A DNA stretch of 23,575 nt from Candidatus Nanopusillus sp. (GCA_046533775.1 JAWDOO010000008.1:1-23575), one strand, 5' to 3'. Numbered from the stretch's first letter, positions 1 to 10,981 are shown. Numbers and translations: made by a program. Notes: a model not told the origin generated them from the sequence alone.

Positions 1-326
1 AATATATATTTTATATCTTTTTCTTCTTCTATTGGTTTTGATGGAGTAACATAAAATACTTCAGATTCAAAGCCTTTTATATGTTCACTTTCCCTTTTAA
101 ATATTTCATATGGAATTAATATTGGAAACCAGTATGGTTCAAACCCATTTTTTTCTAATTCATCTTCTAATATATTTAATATCTTTCTAATTGCGAAATA
201 TCCATTTGGATAATAAACAGGCATTCCTTTTATAGGATATCTATCATCAATAATCTTGGAAACTCTTACTATATTGTTATACCATTCAGAGAAATTGAAA
301 TTCTTATCTAAATTGCTTTCTCTCAT
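1..326 (-). CDS. proS: Prolyl-tRNA synthetase, archaeal/eukaryotic type. Only the N-terminal 108 codons are present; the gene runs off the left edge of the window.
   Basis: Not in the supplied ORF track. The minus-strand ATG at 326-324 opens a stop-free frame to position 1: MRESNLDKNFNFSEWYNNIVRVSKIIDDRYPIKGMPVYYPNGYFAIRKILNILEDELEKNGFEPYWFPILIPYEIFKRESEHIKGFESEVFYVTP... This matches the conserved N-terminus of archaeal ProRS as I recall it (FSEWY...RYPIKG...P.G...FP.LIP...E.EHIKGFE.EV). Confidence 0.8.
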   Translation of the reverse strand, partial: MRESNLDKNFNFSEWYNNIVRVSKIIDDRYPIKGMPVYYPNGYFAIRKILNILEDELEKNGFEPYWFPILIPYEIFKRESEHIKGFESEVFYVTPSKPIEEEKDIKYI

Positions 327-440
327 AGTAGAAGAAATCTAATGATACATTTTTAAATATTATATTATTTAATATTATGTATATGATCTTCTCTACCAAA
401 GGTAGAGAAGTGAGCCTGATGATAAAAATGAGGGGAATGA

Positions 441-464
441 GAGGGAATATATAGTCTCAGGAAC
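441..464 (+). other. 5' strand of the pre-23S rRNA processing stem
   Basis: 441-459 (gagggaatatatagtctca) is the perfect reverse complement of 3371-3389. 460-464 (ggaac) pairs with 3364-3368 (gttcc), leaving a 2-nt bulge at 3369-3370. Archaeal pre-rRNAs are excised from stems of this kind. Confidence 0.8.
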
Positions 465-3372
465 CCGCCCGGTGGATGCCCGGGCTCGGAAGCCGAAGAA
501 GGGCGCAGCAAGCTGCGAAAAGCTGGAGGAAGGTGCATGCAACCGTTGATCTCCAGATTCCCGAATGGGATATCCTGCCGAAAGGCATCCCGTAAGGGAG
601 GGGAACGCGGGGAAGGGAAACATCCTAGTACCCGCAGGAATAAAAAACAATTTGTGATTTCCTGAGTAGGGGCGACCGAAAGGGAAGAAGCCCAAACCGA
701 ATCCTCTAAAGTAATTTAGAGGAGATGTGGGGTAAAGGAACGGGAGCTTCCCGTTATTATATCCTCAGAACTCCGGTGAAAGTCCGGGGCCGTAGAGGGT
801 GACAGCCCCGTATGAGGATATAATAATGGGATTTCTCGTTTCCGGAGTACCGGCGGTTGAATTTCCGTCGGGAATTTGGGGGAAACTAGCCCCCAAGGCT
901 AAATACTCTCCGAGTCCGATAGCGTATTAGTAGGGCGACCGAAAGGTGAAAAGAACCCTTGGTAGGGGGTGAAAAGAGCCTGAAACCGGGCGGGGATTGT
1001 CTGGTAGGGCTAGTTAAGCACCTTATCTGGGAAAATCTGGTGACAGGTGAGTACCAGATAAGGTGCTAGCTAGTTCTACCGTGAGTTTTGAAGAACTTGC
1101 GGGGGAGTATACCCGAGTGGCGAGGTTAAGGTTATACCGAAGCCATAGGGAAACCGAAAGCCCGTAACCTGGTTTCCAGGTGAGGGGCGCTGTCCTATAA
1201 GGGCGGTTTAGTCACTCGGGTATGACCGGAAACCGGGCGATCTACCCCGGGGCAGGGCGAAGCGGGGTTTCCCGTGGAGGCCCGAAGAGGTGGGGCTTAC
1301 CTCTCTCATGACCTCGGGGTAGAGGTGAAAAGCCACTCGGGCCCGGATATAGCCGGTCCCCGCCGAAACTGACCCCAGCCAGGTCTCGGGTTAGGATCCC
1401 TATGGTGTAGAGAGACGGATTCTGTACGGGTTTCCGTACGGAGTCCAACTCCGAAGCCATAGGGTCCGTAGCCCGGGAAACGGGGATTGCGGGAAAGCCG
1501 CAATTCCGAGACGGGAACAACCGAGACCGAGGTTAAGGCCCCAAAGTGCTGGCTGAACGATTTTGAAGGAGTCTGTCCCCTAAGACATCGGGGATGTGGG
1601 CCTAATAGTGGCCATCATCTAAGGAGTGTGTAACAACTCACCCGACGAGGGGATAGGCTCCGAAAACGGACGGGTCTAAGCCAGCCGCCGAGACCTCGGT
1701 CCGCTGGCATTGCCAGTGTGAGGTAGGCGGGCGTCCCGATGGCCTAGAAGGGTTCCTGAAAGGGAGCCTGGAGCCGTCGGGAATGAAGATCCCCGCGGTA
1801 GTAAGAATCAGACGGGTGAGAATCCCGTTGGCCGAAGGGGGAAAGGTTTCCCAGGCAATGAAGATCAGCCTGGGGTTAGTCGATCCTAATCCAGGCTCCG
1901 AGTGGAGTCTGGAGAAAGGGAAAGGGGTTAATATTCCCCTACCGCTCCGATAGATGCGGTAACGCAACATCCTTTCCCGACCCGGAAGGCTAGGCATACA
2001 CAGGGGTGGGGTAAAACCCACTTACTGTGCCAAGGGGGATAGGACCGGAGAGTGCCGTCATGGCGAGAACCGGTCTAAACCCTGATGGGCCCGAAAGGGT
2101 TATGCCGAGGCCTTCCGGCAATGAAAAGGGAAAGGATGCGATTCGGAGCGATCGTACCGAAATCCATCATAGGTCCCCTGGGTGAGGAGCCTAAGGCCGT
2201 GGGGGTCAAGCCGGTCTAGGGAACTTGGCAAATTGGTCCCGTAACTTCGGGAGAAGGGATGCCTGCGGTGTGGACCGCAGGTCGCAGTGACAAGGGCGGG
2301 CGGACTGTTTATCAAAAACATAGCTCTCAGCAAGCCCGAAAGGGTTTGTACTGGGGGTGACGTCTGCTCAGCACCGGTATCTGAATCCCCCGTTCAAGGG
2401 GGGTAAGGACCGGTAAACGGCGGGGGTAACTCTGACCCTCTTAAGGTAGCGTAATGCCTTGCCAGTTAAATGCTGGCTCTGCGAACGACGTAACTAGCCC
2501 GCCACTGTCCCGGGCCGGCGCCCCCTGAAAAGCTATCCTGGTGAGAAGGCCAGGGACTTCCGATGGGTAAAAAAGACCCCGTGAAGCTTAACCGCAGCCT
2601 GTTGTTGCTCTGAAGAACCTGGTGTGTAGGGTAGCGGGGAGCAATGAATTCCTGCCGCTAGGTAGGAAGGATGCGACGATGAAACACCCGCCTCTGGGTT
2701 CTTCAGGGCTAACCCGAAAGGGGACAGCGGCAGGTGGGCGGTTTGGCTGGGGCGGCACCTTGCCGAAAAGATATCGGCAGGGTCCATAAGGTCAGCTCAG
2801 GCGGGTCAGGAATCCGCCGTAGAGGACAAGGCCAAAAGCTGGCCTGACTGTGCCCTGATCATCAAGGGGCACAGGGGGGAAACCCGGGCCTAGCGAACCC
2901 CGTACTCTCACTAGTGGGGGTACGGGCTGGCGGAAAAGCTACTCCGGGGGTAACAGCGCCGTCGCGGGCGAGAGCCCCCATTGACCCCGCGGTTTGCGAC
3001 ATCGATGTCGTCTCTCCCCATCCTGGTGGTGCAGAAGCCGCCAAGGGTGGGGGTGTCCACCCATTAAAGGGGATCGTGAGATGGGTTCAGAACGCCGCGA
3101 GGCAGTTCGGTTATAACTGTCGGAAGTGCTGGCTGCCTGAGGGGAAGGTCCGCCTAGTACGAAAGGAACGGCGGGCCGGGGCCTCTGGTATACGGGCTGT
3201 CCGAGAAGGGCATGCCCGGTAGCTACGCCCTAGGGGATAAGCCCTGAAAGCATCTAAGGGTGAAGCCCTCCTCAAAAATAGGCAGCCATTAAGGGGTCGG
3301 ATAAAAGATCCGACTCAGAGCGGCGGTGTAAGCTCCGAAAAGGAGTTCAGCCGACCGCTTGAAGTTCCCGTG
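460..3372 (+). rRNA. rrl: 23S (LSU) ribosomal RNA. The ends are approximate (+/-15 nt).
   Basis: A GC-rich island in AT-rich DNA. The 5' region reads ...CCCGGTGGATGCCCGGGCTCGGAAGCCGAAGAAGGGCGCAGCAAGCTGCGAAAAGC... Peptidyl-transferase-ring elements are present (CGATGTCG at ~3001-3008, GGGTTCAGAACG, CAGTTCGG at ~3080-3112). The length of ~2.9 kb is normal for archaea, so no intron-sized insertion is present. Confidence 0.95.
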
Positions 3373-3389
3373 AGACTATATATTCCCTC
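3364..3389 (+). other. 3' strand of the pre-23S rRNA processing stem
   Basis: Reverse complement of 441-464 with a 2-nt bulge (see the 5' strand feature). Confidence 0.8.
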
Positions 3390-3401
3390 GACCCCCAAAT
3401 T

Positions 3402-4895
3402 TTATTCAATATTATAATATCTCAAAACATTTTCTTTATTATAATAATACATTTGTATAATTTTACTGAATGTTTGAAAATCTGAAATATTTAATTCAGA
3501 TAATCTATATAATAATTTTACTCTTTTAATATATTCATCATACAATTCTTTGTATCTTATTCCATAATCATTTTCAATTAATTTAAACAAATATTTCTTA
3601 GGATTTTCTAAATATTCTCTTTTAAAAGGATTCCATTTATATGCAATATTAAATTTATTATATCTTATAATTTCATTAACTTCTTTAATTCTCCTCAAAT
3701 TTGTTCCAATAAAATTATCATGTTGCATTATTACGACAACATTTAATAATTCAATTAATGTTGGAGATAAATTTATTGGTGGCGTTGTTAATCTACTTAT
3801 TAGAGCTCTTGTACTTTCAGCATGCATTGTTGATAAAGATGAGTGACCAGAAGCCATTCCTTGGAACATTACGTATGCTTCTTCTCCCCTTACTTCTCCA
3901 ACAATTACATAATCTGGTCTTTGTCTAAAAGACATCCTTAATAATTCAAACATATCAATTTCTCTATTTTTATCAGAAGAATATTTTACTACGGAAGGAA
4001 TCCAGTTTGGATGATATAACTTTATTTCTCTTGTATCTTCAATTGAAACAATTCTAGCATTTGGTGGTATAAACATAGATATCGCATTTAGCATTGTTGT
4101 TTTTCCAGAAGCTGTACCTCCAATTATGATTATATTCTTTCTAAATTCTACTGCTAGCCATAAATATGCAAATATTTCTGGAGTTGCACTTCCTAATCTT
4201 ATTAATTCTATTGGGGTCCATGGAATTTCCCTAAATTTTCTTATTGTAAATGTTGGACCATGTGTAGTAATTTCTTGTGAATATGTTGCATTTATTCTTG
4301 ATCCATCTGGTAATGTTGCATCTAAAATTGGTTCTGCATATGATATATGTTTTCCAGCCCTCAAAGCAAATTTTTCAATTAAATCTCTAATTTCTTTATC
4401 ATTTAAAATTATATTTGTCCTTAAATTTCCAAAATATCTATGAACAACAAATATTGGATAACCTGGACCGGAACATTCAATATCTTCAATCAATGGATCT
4501 CTTAATAAAGAATCTACCTTATTATATCCATAAAGATCCCTAAAAATATAATAAAATATTTTTTCATAAGAGGATTGTCCTAATTGTATTCCTAAATCAT
4601 TTAATACAAAATCATATAATCTTTGTAAATAATTTATAGCATCATTTAAATTACTAATTTCAGATAATTTAATATATAATAATTTTTCAATATAAAAAAT
4701 TATATTTTTATATATTTTTTCCTCATTTTCAGTTAATTTTGGCTCTATTATTTCGTAAACAAGATCATATGTACTTCTATCAAAATATATATGTGCATAT
4801 GAAAAAGGTTCTACAATTGGATAGGTTATATTTGTTTCAAATTTATTTTTAGGTACATTTATTTTTATATCATTAATAAATTTAATGTTTATCAT
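3402..4895 (-). CDS. Type IV filament secretion ATPase (FlaI/PilB/GspE-VirB11 superfamily)
   Basis: 497-aa ORF with Walker A GGTASGKTT, Walker B-like RPDYVIVGEVRGEEA and a His box MASGHSSLSTMHA. The N-terminal region resembles FlaI-like proteins (PIVEPFSYAHIYFD...YEIIEPKL). Confidence 0.85.
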   Translation of the reverse strand: MINIKFINDIKINVPKNKFETNITYPIVEPFSYAHIYFDRSTYDLVYEIIEPKLTENEEKIYKNIIFYIEKLLYIKLSEISNLNDAINYLQRLYDFVLNDLGIQLGQSSYEKIFYYIFRDLYGYNKVDSLLRDPLIEDIECSGPGYPIFVVHRYFGNLRTNIILNDKEIRDLIEKFALRAGKHISYAEPILDATLPDGSRINATYSQEITTHGPTFTIRKFREIPWTPIELIRLGSATPEIFAYLWLAVEFRKNIIIIGGTASGKTTMLNAISMFIPPNARIVSIEDTREIKLYHPNWIPSVVKYSSDKNREIDMFELLRMSFRQRPDYVIVGEVRGEEAYVMFQGMASGHSSLSTMHAESTRALISRLTTPPINLSPTLIELLNVVVIMQHDNFIGTNLRRIKEVNEIIRYNKFNIAYKWNPFKREYLENPKKYLFKLIENDYGIRYKELYDEYIKRVKLLYRLSELNISDFQTFSKIIQMYYYNKENVLRYYNIE

Positions 4896-4936
4896 GATAA
4901 AGATTAATATACTCTAGAATATATAAACTATTCATA

Positions 4937-6316
4937 ATGATTAATAAAAATGTTCTGATAAACTTAGAAAGGGATATAGAAGAAATAGAAAGATATATTG
5001 ATAAATTAAAAAATATTTTAAGAGAAATAAAGAGAAAGGAAGAAATGAAGAAATATTTTTATAAATTATATTTGGATGGATATTTTGATGAAAAAGAATA
5101 TAAAAGAAGGTTAACAATAATTGAAAAGAAAATAAAATATTTAGAAAAATCTAAATACTTAATATTATATGATTTAATTAATTTAATAAATAATAGTCAA
5201 AAAGTAATAGAATTTCTAAAGAATATAGAAGAAAAAAATGAAGAAGAAAATAAAAATATACAATATTATGAAATGAAAATAAATGATACAATAAATTATA
5301 TTAGTAAAGTTTATCCAGAAATATTTAAGAAAGAAGAAATAAAGATTGGTAAGAAATTTATTGAGGCATCAAATGTACTATTTAGAAAGAAGGAAGAAAA
5401 AAAGAAGAAAATAAAATTTAAATTAAAATTAACTGAAGAACGTAAAATAAATTATTATCAAGAGATTAAAAATATATTAATAAGATTTTCATATAAAATA
5501 TTTGGAGGAATATCTAGAAGAATTTTAAATAATAGTCCAAAATTATATTTCTATTTAAAATATTCATTAAAAGAGGCATATTATAATATAGAACCCGATG
5601 AATTTTTATCTATTATATTTTTATTTTCATCAATTATTATTATTATTTCAATATTTATATCATTATATCTTCTAAATATTTTCTATTTAATTTATGGTTT
5701 AATAGCATTTTTATCTGTAGTAGGATTACTTATACTATATTTCAATTATAAAAAACAGAGTATAGAAGAAGATATAAATAGAAATTTACCATTTGCTATA
5801 ATACATATGGCATCATTAGCAGATGCTGGGATAGAAATAAAGTATATAATAAAAATAATAAGTGAAACTGAGGAATATGGATATTTATCAAAAGAATTTA
5901 AAAAAATATATGATAAAATAAGTTTGGGAGAAGGATTAGTAGAATCATTAAGATCTGTTGCGGATGATACGTTATCAAAAGATCTAAAAGATTTTTTAGA
6001 TGAATTAATATTAACAATTACGTCTGGAAGAAAGATATCAGAATTTTTAATATTATATTCTCAGCAAGAAATGATTAGATATAATTCATTTTTAAAGAAA
6101 ATTAATCAGGTAATGAAGACATTTTCAGATTTATATGTTGGAATGGTATTAACAATTCCAATGATAATAATATCAGTCGGAGTAATGTTATTATCAATAT
6201 TACAACAAACATACAATTTGAATATTCAAGGAATATTAGAAATAATTACATATGTAGGATTACCTGCTATTAATATTGGCTTTATAATATTGTTTGATAA
6301 ATTAACAAAAGAATGA
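4937..6316 (+). CDS. Type IV filament platform protein, part 1 (FlaJ/TadB/TadC-like, one T2SSF-type domain) with a long N-terminal coiled-coil extension
   Basis: 459-aa ORF. Residues ~1-175 are Lys/Glu-rich and look like coiled coil. These are followed by TM helices and a T2SSF-like cytoplasmic domain (NLPFAIIHMASLADAGIEI...ISLGEGLVESLRSVADDT...ITSGRKISEFL), then further TM helices. Confidence 0.7.
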   Translation: MINKNVLINLERDIEEIERYIDKLKNILREIKRKEEMKKYFYKLYLDGYFDEKEYKRRLTIIEKKIKYLEKSKYLILYDLINLINNSQKVIEFLKNIEEKNEEENKNIQYYEMKINDTINYISKVYPEIFKKEEIKIGKKFIEASNVLFRKKEEKKKKIKFKLKLTEERKINYYQEIKNILIRFSYKIFGGISRRILNNSPKLYFYLKYSLKEAYYNIEPDEFLSIIFLFSSIIIIISIFISLYLLNIFYLIYGLIAFLSVVGLLILYFNYKKQSIEEDINRNLPFAIIHMASLADAGIEIKYIIKIISETEEYGYLSKEFKKIYDKISLGEGLVESLRSVADDTLSKDLKDFLDELILTITSGRKISEFLILYSQQEMIRYNSFLKKINQVMKTFSDLYVGMVLTIPMIIISVGVMLLSILQQTYNLNIQGILEIITYVGLPAINIGFIILFDKLTKE

Positions 6317-7137
6317 AGGAAGAAATAATTGACATACTTATTATTATAGTTCTTATATTTTTATTTTATTTTATATTTAATTTTAGTATTTTAAATTCAA
6401 TTGTAACTGGGATAATAGTTGGTATATTTCCATATTTAATCTATCAAACAATTGTTAATAATATAGAAAAAGAAAAAGAGGAACAATTTATTAGATTTTC
6501 AATTGATTTGATTGGATTATTAAAATCCGGACTATCATTACCAATTGCATTAAAGCAATTGGAAAAAAATGATTATGGAAGAATTAATGAACTAGTAAAA
6601 AATCTATCTTCAAGAATTGATTGGGGTGTTAGTATTGAAGATTCATTTACAGAATTTGCAGAGGAAAGTAATAATAGAATGATTAAGAGAACTATACAAT
6701 CTTTAATAGATATATATAAGGAAGGTGGAAATCTTGAACAAGGCTTGGAAGCAATCATAAATAGTATAATGGAAATTAGAAAAATAAAAGAAGATAAAAA
6801 GGCAGAAATACATGAAAATATAATTCATTCTTATATTGTATTCGCTTTTTTCTTAGGTATAGTATTTACATTTCAAATATTTTTATTACCATTCTTACAA
6901 ATTTCATTACCTGGACAGGCTTCAAATGTTAATTTTAATTTTATAAATAATCTAATGTATTATATGTCAATAATCCAAGCAGTTTTTGCTGGATTATCAA
7001 TGGGAAAGATGTATGATGATTCTTATAAAGCCGGTGCAAAATATGTAGCAATATTTCTATTTATGGTTATAATATTATTTAATATTATAATTCCAATTGT
7101 TCCAAAAGGTATGTTTTTAATAAATATAAATATATAA
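6313..7137 (+). CDS. Type IV filament platform protein, part 2 (FlaJ/TadB/TadC-like, one T2SSF-type domain)
   Basis: 274-aa ORF. Its ATG overlaps the upstream stop codon (ATGA at 6313-6316). TM helices flank a T2SSF-like domain (FSIDLIGLLKSGLSLPIALKQL...WGVSIEDSFTEFA...KEGGNLEQGLE). Confidence 0.7.
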   Translation: MKEEIIDILIIIVLIFLFYFIFNFSILNSIVTGIIVGIFPYLIYQTIVNNIEKEKEEQFIRFSIDLIGLLKSGLSLPIALKQLEKNDYGRINELVKNLSSRIDWGVSIEDSFTEFAEESNNRMIKRTIQSLIDIYKEGGNLEQGLEAIINSIMEIRKIKEDKKAEIHENIIHSYIVFAFFLGIVFTFQIFLLPFLQISLPGQASNVNFNFINNLMYYMSIIQAVFAGLSMGKMYDDSYKAGAKYVAIFLFMVIILFNIIIPIVPKGMFLININI

Positions 7138-7139
7138 AA

Positions 7140-7550
7140 TTATTTCTTTGCTTTCATAAACTTAGAAGATTTAGAAGCTCCAATACCTGGTGCTGAATGT
7201 TGAACTTTCTTTGTTGTATGAACAAATTCTCCCAATCTTCTTCCAATCATTTCTGGTTTTATTTCAAATTCAACAAATTCTTTTCCATTATATACTCCAA
7301 CCTTTGCACCAACAATTGAAGGCAATATAATAATTTCTCTTGAATGTGTTTTTATTGTTTTCTTATATTTTCCCTGTAATTGTAAATAGCATTTTTTATA
7401 GAAATTTTCCCATTCTGGTGGAAATCCAATTTTTAATCTTCTTAATAATGTTCTTCTTGTCCTACTATTCACAACTTTTTGGGCAAATTCTTCAATACTC
7501 ATACTTTTTAATTGATCCAATGTATATCCCCTAATCATGAATTCTGGCAT
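7140..7550 (-). CDS. rps19: Ribosomal protein uS19 (S19p/S15e)
   Basis: 136-aa ORF with the family core THSREIIILPSIVGAKVGVYNGKEFVEFEIKPEMIGRRLGEFVHTTKKVQHSAPGIGASKSSKF. Confidence 0.9.
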   Translation of the reverse strand: MPEFMIRGYTLDQLKSMSIEEFAQKVVNSRTRRTLLRRLKIGFPPEWENFYKKCYLQLQGKYKKTIKTHSREIIILPSIVGAKVGVYNGKEFVEFEIKPEMIGRRLGEFVHTTKKVQHSAPGIGASKSSKFMKAKK

Positions 7551-7573
7551 TATTTATATTTAATGTATAATTT

Positions 7574-8071
7574 TTATAAATAATATTTTGAAAGATAATC
7601 TAAAATATTTTTTATGCCAAAAACATATTTTTCCTTCATAGAAACTATTTCATATATAAAATTTAGCATATCTTTATAATCTGTAAATATATAAGGTTCT
7701 TTATTTAAATATTTTGATATATAATATTCTGATACATTATATGCAATATTATAAAAATATTTATTTTTCTTTTGAATTAAATATTTATATTTTTCTTCTT
7801 TTTTATAATTATATAATAAAAAAGATAAGAAAACACCTTCTATTGGTAATATTAATATTGAATTTTCCTTTATTTCAATTTCTTCAATTTTTTTATATAT
7901 ATTTAAATTAATTTTAAATCCCATATTGAATTTTTTATCTATTTTATTTATTATATCTAATACAAAATCTTTTGTATTTGATTCTAGTGCAATTATATTT
8001 ATATTAGAATTTCTTTTGAATTTTTTTGAAATTCTAATTTCCCTTTTTGTTAATCTTTCATATATGTTCAT
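7574..8071 (-). CDS. Hypothetical protein, possibly translationally coupled to ArcTGT
   Basis: 165-aa ORF. Its ATG overlaps the ArcTGT stop codon (ATGA at 8068-8071). I recognise no motif, and it has no Gly-rich PUA-like signature. Confidence 0.5.
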   Translation of the reverse strand: MNIYERLTKREIRISKKFKRNSNINIIALESNTKDFVLDIINKIDKKFNMGFKINLNIYKKIEEIEIKENSILILPIEGVFLSFLLYNYKKEEKYKYLIQKKNKYFYNIAYNVSEYYISKYLNKEPYIFTDYKDMLNFIYEIVSMKEKYVFGIKNILDYLSKYYL

Positions 8072-9276
8072 TTTACATTTTTAAATGAATTAAATGGATA
8101 TATATAATCAAATATATCTTCAATATCTTTTTTATCAACTCTCTCATTTATTCTTTCCAATGCTCTTTTAACATCTACTCTAATTTCATTTAATTCTCCT
8201 CCATAAAATATCCCAGATCTTTTTCTTATTGGTTCTAATGATTTTAAATAATTATAATATTTCTCTAAAATTAATTTTGTCGCTTTATATAATGAATAAT
8301 GTGTATGAGCCTTAATTAATATTAAATCTGTTAAATATTCATTTTTTATAGCATCTTTTGTAATTTCAATTTCTTTAATTAAACTATATAGATTATGTTC
8401 TGCTAATATTTTTATTAATTCTTCATTATTATAATCTTTTATTTCTTCTATATGATATATATTATTTTTAGTTTCAATATAAAAGTCTTTTATTTCATCA
8501 TATCTAAATGTACCGTATGGTGTTAATATTCTCTTATCTTTAGCAAATAATATATATGAGGCAGAATCAAATATATCAAAACCTAAATATATTGATAGTG
8601 GAATTATCAATGTATGGCCCATTCCAAATAAATGAATAGGTTTATTAAATGGTAATAAAATTTTTGGTTCGATTACCAATTCTAATAACTTATAAAAATT
8701 GTATTTTATCATATATGGAACAATTGTACCAATTGCAAATATATCTACATCTAAATTTTTTAAATATTCAGCAGCTTTTCTTCTTAGATCAATGTAAATT
8801 CCACCTTGTATTGCTCCATTAATTAATCTATCTCCCTTTAATTTTATTCCTTCCTTTATTCTTTCAATTGTAATATCTAATTCCTTTTCAGCCTCTTCTT
8901 TTGACTTATCAATATCTGTTGGTATATCTAAAACATTTAATATATCTGAATTTATTTTTATTTGGTATTCAATAATTTCTCTATTATTTATTTCTAAATC
9001 TTTTTTATAATGAAGCATTTGATATGATCCAGAATCTGTTTCAATAATTCCATCAAAATTTAAGAATTTATGTATATCACCATCAAATTTTTTTCTATAT
9101 AATATATATGCATTTGTAATTATTGCATTAATTCTATATTTTTTTATTATTTCTATTGGTAAAATATTTTTATATGGATTTATAACTGGTAAAAGTAATG
9201 GTGTTTCTAATTTTTTATTTTTATATCTAATAATTCCTATTCTTCCAGCTCCATCTCTATACTTTATTTCAAACAT
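8068..9276 (-). CDS. tgtA: Archaeosine tRNA-guanine transglycosylase, catalytic TIM-barrel portion only (no C2/PUA region, no Zn-site cysteines)
   Basis: 402-aa ORF starting MFEIKYRDGAGRIG...ETPLLLPVINP. Catalytic Asp contexts are ETDSGSYQ and FDIFDSASY, and LFGMGH and AEHNLYSL are also present. It is about 180 aa shorter than canonical ArcTGT as I recall it. Confidence 0.85.
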   Translation of the reverse strand: MFEIKYRDGAGRIGIIRYKNKKLETPLLLPVINPYKNILPIEIIKKYRINAIITNAYILYRKKFDGDIHKFLNFDGIIETDSGSYQMLHYKKDLEINNREIIEYQIKINSDILNVLDIPTDIDKSKEEAEKELDITIERIKEGIKLKGDRLINGAIQGGIYIDLRRKAAEYLKNLDVDIFAIGTIVPYMIKYNFYKLLELVIEPKILLPFNKPIHLFGMGHTLIIPLSIYLGFDIFDSASYILFAKDKRILTPYGTFRYDEIKDFYIETKNNIYHIEEIKDYNNEELIKILAEHNLYSLIKEIEITKDAIKNEYLTDLILIKAHTHYSLYKATKLILEKYYNYLKSLEPIRKRSGIFYGGELNEIRVDVKRALERINERVDKKDIEDIFDYIYPFNSFKNVK

Positions 9277-9304
9277 TATTTTATAATATAAGAAAATTTT
9301 ATTT

Positions 9305-9320
9305 GGGGATTGCAGCGGAA
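9305..9320 (-). other. 3'-flank strand of the pre-16S rRNA processing stem
   Basis: Plus-strand ggggattgcagcggaa (9305-9320) is the reverse complement of 10861-10879 (ttccgctgcaattatcccc), except for a 3-nt bulge in the latter. Confidence 0.75.
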
Positions 9321-9321
9321 T

Positions 9322-10815
<1,494 letters not shown>

Positions 10816-10860
10816 GGCGGATTTCCGCTGCGGGCCTAGCCCGAAAAGTACGGCCGCAGA

Positions 10861-10879
10861 TTCCGCTGCAATTATCCCC
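10861..10879 (-). other. 5'-flank strand of the pre-16S rRNA processing stem
   Basis: Complementary to 9305-9320 with a 3-nt bulge. A further GC-rich leader hairpin lies at ~10827-10858 (ctgcgggcc...ggccgcag). Confidence 0.75.
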
Positions 10880-10902
10880 TTTCAGATATTCTCTACATAT
10901 GT

Positions 10903-10937
10903 GCCATGTACATCATATTGTATATGATGTACATGGC
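10903..10937. repeat. Perfect 16-bp inverted repeat with a 3-nt spacer
   Basis: gccatgtacatcatat (10903-10918), tgt, atatgatgtacatggc (10922-10937). It lies between the eL41 stop codon and the 16S leader. Confidence 0.9.
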
Positions 10938-10961
10938 TATACTAACAAAATATTACTATAA

Positions 10962-10972
10962 TATTTTAAAAA
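10962..10972 (-). promoter_or_regulatory. Candidate TATA box for the 16S rRNA transcription unit
   Basis: The minus strand reads TTTTTAAAATA about 30 nt upstream of the palindrome and ~85 nt upstream of the processing stem. AT-rich background makes TATA calls weak. Confidence 0.3.
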
Positions 10973-10981
10973 TCTTAATAT

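Noticed and set aside
1013-1080. Long imperfect hairpin inside 23S (ggtagggctagttaagcaccttatctgg ... ccagataaggtgctagctagttctacc), considered as a possible intron or insertion
   Set aside because: The total 23S length is normal. The hairpin is GC-matched to the rest of the rRNA and sits in the domain I/II region where variable helices occur. I saw no bulge-helix-bulge splice motif or ORF.
393-3222. ORF-track entries inside the 23S rRNA gene (393-695, 1242-1520, 1306-1503, 1638-2021, 2100-2333, 2533-2787, 2862-3044, 2914-3222)
   Set aside because: They lie entirely within a recognisable rRNA gene. GC-rich rRNA lacks AT-rich stop codons, so long spurious frames are expected. Their Pro/Gly/Arg-rich composition is unlike the rest of the proteome.
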